This document shows, piece by piece, positions 56,927 to 64,000 of a stretch of 64,000 bases of DNA (its first letter is position 1; every line of letters begins with the position of its first letter). The position numbers were made by a program, and so were the translations under genes. The stretch lies in contig DASYQZ010000166.1 in NCBI GenBank assembly GCA_036004865.1, forward strand, positions 10,921-74,920, in the 5' to 3' direction. The stretch comes from Vicinamibacterales bacterium. GTDB lineage: Bacteria > Acidobacteriota > Vicinamibacteria > Vicinamibacterales > CAVVIG01. A model generated the notes under the pieces. The model was not told where the DNA came from, made no database searches, and was given only the letters and a program-made list of their open reading frames with translations.

Positions 56927-57672
56927 GTGAGTGGAGCGAAACCGATTCGTCCGTCTACCGCGAGATCGCCGGCATCGCCGTGCCGCGGCGCGACGAGATG
57001 ATGCGGATGGTGGTCGCGGCCGTTCCGTTCACTCGCGAGGAATCGATTCGCTTCGTCGAGCTCGGCTCGGGGGACGGTGAACTGGCCGTTCTGCTCCTCG
57101 AGGCGTTTCCCGCGTCAACCATTGTCGCCCTCGATGGATCGGAATCCATGCGCGAGCGGACCAGCGCGCGGCTCGCGCCGTTCGGCAGCCGCGCGCGCGT
57201 CCGAGGGTTCGACGTCGCGTCGCTCGACTGGTGGGATCAGATGTTCGGCGCTGACGTGGTCGTGTCGTCGTTGTGCCTCCATCATCTCAAGGACGCAAAA
57301 AAACAGTACCTGTACAAAGCTGTTGCCGATCGCGTCTCGTCCCGCGGCGCGCTGCTGATTGCCGATCTGATCGAGCCGATGGCGGCCTCGGCGCGGACCG
57401 TTGCGGCCGACGAGTGGGACACGAACGCCAGGGTGCAGGCCGAGTCGCGCGGCCGTCCGGAGCTCGCGACGCGCTTTACTGAGGCGCAGTGGAACCACTT
57501 CCGCTTCCCCGACCCGGCGGACCGGCCGTCGGCGCTGTTCCATCATCTGGTCTGGCTGCGCCACGCGGGGTTCGCGGCAGTTGATTGCTTCTGGATGTAC
57601 GCGGGTCACGCCGTGTTCGGCGGGTTCAAGCAGCCTGCAGCGTCAGAATCGCGACCTCCGGCGGGCAGTTGA
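56923..57672 (+). CDS. Class I SAM-dependent methyltransferase
   Basis: 'VELGSGDG', 'ALDGSESM', 'SSLCLHHL'. Confidence 0.85.
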   Translation: MSEWSETDSSVYREIAGIAVPRRDEMMRMVVAAVPFTREESIRFVELGSGDGELAVLLLEAFPASTIVALDGSESMRERTSARLAPFGSRARVRGFDVASLDWWDQMFGADVVVSSLCLHHLKDAKKQYLYKAVADRVSSRGALLIADLIEPMAASARTVAADEWDTNARVQAESRGRPELATRFTEAQWNHFRFPDPADRPSALFHHLVWLRHAGFAAVDCFWMYAGHAVFGGFKQPAASESRPPAGS

Positions 57673-58441
57673 CGCGCACAGGTACATACACAGTCCCCAC
57701 CCCTCGGCTCACGAACATCGTGGTCTGCTCGCGACGTCCGATGCCTGCGACGACCGGGAATTTTTGCGCGGCGACCGCGCCGAGAATCGGCAGGACCACC
57801 TGGCCGCCGTGCGTATGGCCGGACAACACGAGCGGAATGCCGAATCCGGCAGCCTCGGCCAGCCGGCGGGGATCGTGCGCGAGCAGGATCGTCGGCGTGG
57901 TCGCCCCGCGCATGAGCGGCGCGATGTCGGAGGCGCGCTTCGTCCAGAAGCGGATGCCGATCAGGTCAACGGCGTCGTTCTTGATCTTCAGACGCGTGCG
58001 TGCGTCCTTCAACATCTGCACGCCGTTCTTCGCGAGCGCGGCCGGCATGTCGTGGTCGTCGTCGTGGTTGCCGAGAATGCCGAAGACGCCGTTCGGCGCC
58101 GTCAGCGGCGCCAGCGCTTCGGCGGCGGGGCCGACGAAGCGACGATCTCCCCATGTCACATAATCGCCGCCGAGCACGATGACGTCGGGCCGCTCGCCCA
58201 TCAGAGCGGCGACCGCCGCGGCCACATCCTCGTGCGACACCCATTGACTGCGATGCACGTCGGTCAGCAATCCGACTCTCAATCCGGCCAACGCCGGCGG
58301 CAGTCCGCTGACGAGAACGGACGTGTGTGTGATCTCCAGTTCGTGACGGCCGTAGAGATAGCCGTACGCGCCGGTTCCGCCGATGGCGCCGACGCTGGCG
58401 GCGGCGAGCGTCTTCAGCGCGGCGCGACGAGTCATCGGCAT
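57626..58441 (-). CDS. Metallophosphoesterase with Tat-like signal
   Basis: 'TRRAALK', DVH, GD, GNHD, GHTHGGQ. Confidence 0.9.
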   Translation of the reverse strand: MPMTRRAALKTLAAASVGAIGGTGAYGYLYGRHELEITHTSVLVSGLPPALAGLRVGLLTDVHRSQWVSHEDVAAAVAALMGERPDVIVLGGDYVTWGDRRFVGPAAEALAPLTAPNGVFGILGNHDDDHDMPAALAKNGVQMLKDARTRLKIKNDAVDLIGIRFWTKRASDIAPLMRGATTPTILLAHDPRRLAEAAGFGIPLVLSGHTHGGQVVLPILGAVAAQKFPVVAGIGRREQTTMFVSRGVGTVYVPVRVNCPPEVAILTLQAA

Positions 58442-58468
58442 CGACTGTTATAGTAATCGGATTGCGAC

Positions 58469-59746
58469 ATGACCAATCTCTACGATGAACTGCAGTGGCG
58501 CGGCATGGTGTACGACGCCACCGAAGGGCTTTCGGACGTCCTCGCGAAAGAGCGCGTCACCGGGTACATCGGATTCGATCCGACGGCGTCCAGTCTTCAC
58601 GTCGGGAATCTGCTGGTGATGATGGCGCTCGCGCGCTTTCAGCGCTTCGGCCATTCTCCGATCGCGATCGCGGGCGGCGGCACCGGGATGATCGGCGATC
58701 CGAGCGGCAAGACACAGGAGCGAGTGCTGCTCTCGCCCGAACAGATCCACGAGAACCTCGCCGGCATCAAGCAGCAGCTCGCGCGGTTTCTCGACTTCGA
58801 TCGGCCTGGCAACGCCGCCCGCATCGTCAACAACGCCGAATGGCTCGCCGCGTTCGATCTGCTCGGGTTCCTTCGCGACACGGGCAAGCACTTCACCGTG
58901 AATTACATGCTGCAGAAGGAGGCGGTGAATCGCCGCCTCGAGAGCGAGGAGGGCATTTCCTATACCGAGTTCAGCTACCTGCTGCTCCAGGCCCGCGACT
59001 TTCTCGAACTGTTCGATCGGTATGGCTGCACGCTGCAGCTCGGCGGCAGCGATCAGTGGGGCAACATCACCGCCGGGATCGATCTGATTCGAAAGCTCCG
59101 CGGGAAGAAGGCGCATGGACTCGTGATGCCGCTCGTCACGACGGCGTCGGGCGCCAAGTTCGGGAAAACCGAAAAGGGCAACGTCTGGCTCGATCCCGAA
59201 AGGACTTCGCCGTTCCGCTTCTATCAATTCTGGTTGAACACCAGCGATGCCGACGTCGAGAAGTATCTGTGCTACTTCACGTTCATGACTCGCGATCAGA
59301 TCGCCGAGCTCGCCCGGCTGACACGCGAGGCGCCTGAGAAACGCGAGGCGCAGCGCGAGCTCGCGCGCGAAGTCACCGCGCTCGTGCACGGCCGCGACCA
59401 GGTCGCTCGCGCGGAGCATGCGTCGAGCGTCCTGTTCGGCGAAGACATCGCCACGCTCGGTGCAGACGAGGTCCTCGCAGTGTTCGACGACGTGCCTTCG
59501 ACCGACCTGCCCGCCGATGCGCTCGCCGACGGCGGCATCGGCGTCGTCGATCTCGTCGCGCGCGTGCAGCTCGCGCCGTCAAAAGGCGAGGCGCGCCGAC
59601 TGGTGCAGTCGGGCGGCATCTACGTCAACAATCGCCGCGTGTCGGATCCGCAGGCGCGGCTCGTGCGCGATCAGGCGATTGGCGGGCGGCTGTTCGTGCT
59701 TCGCCGCGGCGCCAGACAACTTCATCTCGTAATGGTTGTACCGTAA
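58469..59746 (+). CDS. tyrS: Tyrosine--tRNA ligase
   Basis: 'GFDPTASSLHVGN', 'QLGGSDQWGNI', 'KFGKT', C-terminal S4-like domain. Confidence 0.95.
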   Translation: MTNLYDELQWRGMVYDATEGLSDVLAKERVTGYIGFDPTASSLHVGNLLVMMALARFQRFGHSPIAIAGGGTGMIGDPSGKTQERVLLSPEQIHENLAGIKQQLARFLDFDRPGNAARIVNNAEWLAAFDLLGFLRDTGKHFTVNYMLQKEAVNRRLESEEGISYTEFSYLLLQARDFLELFDRYGCTLQLGGSDQWGNITAGIDLIRKLRGKKAHGLVMPLVTTASGAKFGKTEKGNVWLDPERTSPFRFYQFWLNTSDADVEKYLCYFTFMTRDQIAELARLTREAPEKREAQRELAREVTALVHGRDQVARAEHASSVLFGEDIATLGADEVLAVFDDVPSTDLPADALADGGIGVVDLVARVQLAPSKGEARRLVQSGGIYVNNRRVSDPQARLVRDQAIGGRLFVLRRGARQLHLVMVVP

Positions 59747-59990
59747 TTGGCCACGGCGACGTGCGCCATTCCGTCCCAGCCCGTGCAATACCGGGTAGGC
59801 ATCTCCACTGCAACGACCAGTTCATGACGGGATGATGGCTCCGCGCGAAGCCCGGCGCTCGTGCCGAACTCAGGCTTCCCCAGGCCGGCGTACCGTCGCG
59901 CGGACCTCACATCGATCGCAGGCATAGCAGTTGGCCGACGCGCATCGGCATGCCCGATTTGCGCGTCGGGCCAAATGATAGGAGAACTCT

Positions 59991-62900
59991 GTGTTGAGTG
60001 CCGTGTCTCCAGCCTTCACGCGCGGCGGGCGAATCGCCCGTGCGTTTCTGACCTTCAGTTCACATCGCCATGCGGTCCGGATCGCCGGCTATGCCATCGT
60101 CGTCGCCTCAGCAGCGGCCGCAGCCGGCGGACCGATCGCGCTCGACGCGATGCAGGCTTCCGAGCCCGCGCGCCAGGGCGCGACGGCGACAGCGCTGGCG
60201 GATGGCCGCGTGTTGATCGCAGGCGGCGATGCGCAGGGATCCGCGGAGATCAATGATCCGTCGACGGGACAAACCAGTCCGCTCGACGCGCGAATGAGCA
60301 CGCCGCGCGCGTATCACGGCGCGGTGCTGCTGGCCGATGGCAACGTGCTGATCGTCGGCGGCTACGCAGCCGGGACGCAGTCGATTGAAGCGTCGGCGGA
60401 GATCTTTGTCACAGGCGAAGGGATTTTCACCAAAACGTCCGGTCCCCTGCAGTCGGCGCGCGTACAGCCGACGCTGACACGCAGGACCGATGGCGTCGTT
60501 GTCGTGAGCGGCGGCGCCGGCTCGGGTCTCATCGAATTCTACGATCCGGCCACTCAGACATTCGGCCCGGATCCCGCAGCCGCGTCGGTCGTCACCGACC
60601 GGGGCGATTACGCGCCGGGAGAAACAGTCACGTTCATCGGCCGCCGCTGGTTCCCGGGCGAAACCGTGCGCATCACGCTTCACGAGGTACAAGCGCTGCA
60701 CAGCGACCGGGAGCTCTTCGCGACCGCGAACGATGCCGGCGAATTCGTCAATACGGATTTCGCGCCGGAGCCGCATCACCTCGGAGTGACTTTCGATGTC
60801 ACCGCCGCCGGCGCGACCTCCGGACGGCAGGCGCTCTGGACGTTCACCGACGGTGCGCCGCCATCCACGTCGTACACGATTTCAGAAGGTACCGGGACCA
60901 TCTTCACAGGCGGTTCTCCGACCAGCATCCTCAGTGGTTGTGACGACTGCACGGTTCACGTCCCACTGCCTTTCGCGGTGACGCTGTACGACCGGACGTA
61001 TACCAGCGCAAAGGTCAGCTCGAACGGCAACGTGCAGTTCTCGAGCGATTCGACGGCATTCGGCAACACGGCGCTTCCCACCAACGCCTTCGGCGCGACC
61101 ATCCTCCCGTACTGGGACGATCTCGATACGCGAGGCGCCGGATACGCCGTCCAGACGCAGACGACCGGCAGCTCGCCGGATCGCGTGTTTCATGTATGGT
61201 GGCACGTCAAGCACGTGGCCGGTGCAACACCGGCCGATTTCGAGCTGCTGGTGTACGAGAGCCTCGCGCAGTTCGACGTTGTCTACGCGGGCGGCGGCGC
61301 AGGCACCGCGACGATCGGCATTCAACGATCGGGAGGCGGTCCATTTACGATGTATGCGTCGAGCCCTGGTGCAAGCATTGCGAAGCTCGCCGGCAAGAAG
61401 CTGAGCTTCGTCGGGAATGGCGCCGGCACGTCGACTTCTGTCACGTCGTCCGCCAATCCATCGTTGTTCGGCCAGTCAGCCACGGTGACCGCGGCCGTCG
61501 TCTCGGCCGGCTCGCCGGTCACGAGCGGCACGGTCACGTTCACCGAGGGTTCGAGAACGCTGGCCGGTCCGACGACGCTCGACGCGTCGGGCAGAGCGAC
61601 TTTTTCCGCCGCCGGCCTCTCCGCCGGCACGCACGTCATCACCGCGACGTTCAACGGCAATTCGACGCAGACGTCCAGCAGCGGCACGGTAACTCAGACC
61701 GTCAACAGCGCATCGACGACAACCGCGGTGTCTTCGTCGGCGAATCCGAGCGTGTTCGGCCGATTGCTGACGGTGCGTGCGAACGTGTCCGTCAACCCGC
61801 CAGGCAACGGGACCGCGACGGGAAGCGTGCAGTTCCAGGCCGACGGTGTGAACATCGGCGTCCCGATGACGCTTTTTGGAGGCTCCGCGACAACATCGAT
61901 TTCGATGCTCTCCGAGGGCACCCACACGATCAGCGCGATTTACGAGGGCGACCGAAACTTCAACGCGAGCTCGGGAACGCTGTCGCAGATCGTCAATCGG
62001 GCGAGTTCGGTCACCACTGTGGCAGTCAGCGAGAATCCCACCGTCTTCGGTCAGCCAGTCACGTTCACGGCGACAGTTGCTGCCGCTCAGCCCGGTTCGG
62101 GAATCCCATCGGGCACAGTGCAGTTCAAAGATGGCGAGGCGGATTTGGGTCCGGCCGCTTCGTTGTCCGGCGGCACGGCGACGTTCACGACATCGAATCT
62201 GTCCGGCGGATCACACGCCATTACCGCTGCGTACGCCGGCGATTCCGGCTTCGTCGGCTCGAACGGCGCCATCGATCATGTCGTGAACAAGGCGACGCCT
62301 TCGCTCTCGGCGACTGGCGGCACATTCGTCTACGACGGTCAACCACATGCGGCGACGGCGACGGCCACCGGCGTGCGGGATGAGTCGCTGCGTCCGGTGA
62401 CGCTGACCTATAGCGGCGCCGGCGAGTCTCAGACGGCGCCGATCCACGCGGGCACGTACACCGTGGTGGCGTCTTACGACGGCAACGGCAATTACACCGC
62501 CATGAGCGCTCGAACGACCCTGACGATTATGCCTGCGCGCCTGACCGTGAAGGCCGACGACCGCACGAAGGTGTACGGCTCATCGAATCCGCCGTTCACC
62601 GCGACGATTGTCGGCTACGTCGCCGACGAGAATGCATCGAGTCTCGACGGCACGTTGTCGTTCACGACTCCGGCGACCGAGCGCTCTGCCGTCGGCGGGT
62701 ACGCGATCACGCCGAGTGGGTTGACGTCGATCGACTACGCGATCGAGTTCGTCAACGGCACGCTGACCGTGACCAAGGCCGCCGCCATCGTGACGCCGCA
62801 TGGCGCGAGCAAGGTTTACGGATCGCCCGACCCGGCGCTGACCGGCACGCTGAGCGGCTTCGTGGCCGGCGATGGCGTGACCGCGATGTACCACCGGATC

Positions 62901-63581
62901 AGCGGCGAGTCGGTCGGGACGTATCCGATCAGCGCCACACTGAGCCCGGCGAGCGCGCTGGCGAACTACGACGTCACCTACGGAGCGGCGTCGTTCGCGG
63001 TGACGCCCGCCGCGTTGACCGTTCGTGCGATCGACCAGACCAAGCTGTATGGAAGCCCGGACCAACCGCTCACGTACGAAGTGAACGGCCTTCAGTTCAA
63101 CGACACCGCCGTGACGACGCTGACTGGCTCACTGGTTCGGGACGCCGGTGAGAGTGTTGGCCGATACGCGATTCGTCAGGGCACGCTGGCGCCGAATGGC
63201 AACTACATCGTCAATTTCACGAACGGAACGCTGACGATCAGCTACAACACGTGTCTGCTCTATGACCCGATGAAAGCCGTGAAGAGCGGCGCGACGATTC
63301 CGATCAAGATTCAGCTGTGCTCGGCGAGCGCCGCGAATGCCTCGTCGCCCGCGATCGTCGTGTCGGCGGACGAACTGACGCTCGTCTCACTCTCGACGAC
63401 CGCGATTCTGGAGGATGCCGGAAACGCGAATCCCGACGACAATTTCCGCTTCGAGTACGGGCTTGGACCGGGGTACATCTTCAATCTGAAGACCACCGGT
63501 CTTGGCGCGGGTACGTATCACCTGCGCTTCATGGCGACAAACGATCCGGAGCCGCACATCGTGTCGTTCCAGGTGCGATAG
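59991..63581 (+). CDS. Large secreted/surface protein (Kelch-like blades, Ig-like Big_3 x3, MBG-like repeats)
   Basis: AGGAGA RBS; 'LADGRVLIAGG' blades; 'SSANPS.FGQ…G.H.ITA.Y.GD' repeats; 'LTV.A.D.TK.YG' repeats. Confidence 0.85.
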   Translation: MLSAVSPAFTRGGRIARAFLTFSSHRHAVRIAGYAIVVASAAAAAGGPIALDAMQASEPARQGATATALADGRVLIAGGDAQGSAEINDPSTGQTSPLDARMSTPRAYHGAVLLADGNVLIVGGYAAGTQSIEASAEIFVTGEGIFTKTSGPLQSARVQPTLTRRTDGVVVVSGGAGSGLIEFYDPATQTFGPDPAAASVVTDRGDYAPGETVTFIGRRWFPGETVRITLHEVQALHSDRELFATANDAGEFVNTDFAPEPHHLGVTFDVTAAGATSGRQALWTFTDGAPPSTSYTISEGTGTIFTGGSPTSILSGCDDCTVHVPLPFAVTLYDRTYTSAKVSSNGNVQFSSDSTAFGNTALPTNAFGATILPYWDDLDTRGAGYAVQTQTTGSSPDRVFHVWWHVKHVAGATPADFELLVYESLAQFDVVYAGGGAGTATIGIQRSGGGPFTMYASSPGASIAKLAGKKLSFVGNGAGTSTSVTSSANPSLFGQSATVTAAVVSAGSPVTSGTVTFTEGSRTLAGPTTLDASGRATFSAAGLSAGTHVITATFNGNSTQTSSSGTVTQTVNSASTTTAVSSSANPSVFGRLLTVRANVSVNPPGNGTATGSVQFQADGVNIGVPMTLFGGSATTSISMLSEGTHTISAIYEGDRNFNASSGTLSQIVNRASSVTTVAVSENPTVFGQPVTFTATVAAAQPGSGIPSGTVQFKDGEADLGPAASLSGGTATFTTSNLSGGSHAITAAYAGDSGFVGSNGAIDHVVNKATPSLSATGGTFVYDGQPHAATATATGVRDESLRPVTLTYSGAGESQTAPIHAGTYTVVASYDGNGNYTAMSARTTLTIMPARLTVKADDRTKVYGSSNPPFTATIVGYVADENASSLDGTLSFTTPATERSAVGGYAITPSGLTSIDYAIEFVNGTLTVTKAAAIVTPHGASKVYGSPDPALTGTLSGFVAGDGVTAMYHRISGESVGTYPISATLSPASALANYDVTYGAASFAVTPAALTVRAIDQTKLYGSPDQPLTYEVNGLQFNDTAVTTLTGSLVRDAGESVGRYAIRQGTLAPNGNYIVNFTNGTLTISYNTCLLYDPMKAVKSGATIPIKIQLCSASAANASSPAIVVSADELTLVSLSTTAILEDAGNANPDDNFRFEYGLGPGYIFNLKTTGLGAGTYHLRFMATNDPEPHIVSFQVR

Positions 63582-63597
63582 CGGCGATTCCATTGGC

Positions 63598-63625
63598 GCG
63601 ACCGGTTCTGAAAAGGACCGGTCGC
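63598..63625 (+). terminator. Hairpin after the surface-protein gene
   Basis: GCGACCGGTTCT-GAAA-AGGACCGGTCGC 12-bp stem; no U tract. Confidence 0.45.
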
Positions 63626-63691
63626 GGCCGGTTGCAGGTCGGCTGTTCATCCGGCGAACAGTCGAGACGATGTGATTCGAGGACGGCTGAC

Positions 63692-63720
63692 TTGACGGTC
63701 GCCGGCGCGTACGCGATACT
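63692..63720 (+). promoter_or_regulatory. Putative sigma70 promoter (P1-like)
   Basis: TTGACG-17 nt-GATACT. Confidence 0.45.
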
Positions 63721-63846
63721 CGTCGAACGTTCGGCGCGAGTCAGTTCGGACAGACTGCCCGGCTTCTTCAGCAGCAGCGTTCCTACGGTCGAGCGATTTC
63801 CAAACCTCAGCAGTCGGAAACTAGGCGGACGAGCTGAAAATTCTGG

Positions 63847-63875
63847 TTGACACGGTTGGGGCGTTCTAGTAACCT
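63847..63875 (+). promoter_or_regulatory. Putative sigma70 promoter (P2-like)
   Basis: TTGACA-17 nt-TAACCT with upstream GAAAATT tract. Confidence 0.6.
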
Positions 63876-64000
63876 CGCAAGGTTCCCCTAAACGCGCCGC
63901 AACCGACATGCGGCGTGGCCTCCCCGGCAAGTCCGAGGGCGGTGGGACCGGCAAAAGCGCGGCCGATAAGGACGCGCGACAAACAAAGCCCGGATACCCC

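Noticed and set aside
59722..59925. Small ORFs between tyrS and the adhesin gene
   Set aside because: No RBS or recognisable homology; they overlap the tyrS end and look incidental.
59918..59936. Sigma54 -24/-12 candidates (AGGCATAGCAGTTGG; also near 3245 and 55026)
   Set aside because: Each lacks an invariant GG or GC, has wrong spacing, or sits too close to the start codon.

Overview
High-GC bacterial chromosomal window. Gene content and repeat style suggest Acidobacteria, probably Vicinamibacterales-like (inference). Left part: a rearranged, apparently incomplete MSHA-pilus/T2SS-like locus. It has a reduced secretin, an ExeA/MshM-like ATPase, a TPR protein, a PilM-PilN(INLL)-Pro/Thr stalk-MshK/GspB-like fusion, an MshEN-bearing PilB/MshE ATPase with a C-terminal double zinc ribbon, a J-domain protein and a divergent catalytically degenerate GGDEF protein, and it is interrupted by a frameshifted acs. 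Next come ABC ATPases, a methylmalonyl-CoA mutase large subunit, glgC-eno-gpmA, a TonB-receptor-like gene, a PDZ/GAF/PAS kinase with a sigma54 regulator, a transglutaminase-like peptidase, and a cluster of four GT4 glycosyltransferases plus a UbiA/DPPR synthase. Then rpsU, purD-mtaB, rlmN, the purB-S-Q-L-F-M-N cluster with inserted exported proteins, tyrS, a large Kelch/Big/MBG surface protein and tandem sigma70-like promoters at the right edge (probably an rRNA operon start). At least six families of short palindromic or heptamer repeats are scattered through the window. Several lie in frame inside proteins (eno, purL, two glycosyltransferases, oppD), and two appear to supply signal peptides. 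No CRISPR array, tRNA, rRNA or transposase was recognised.
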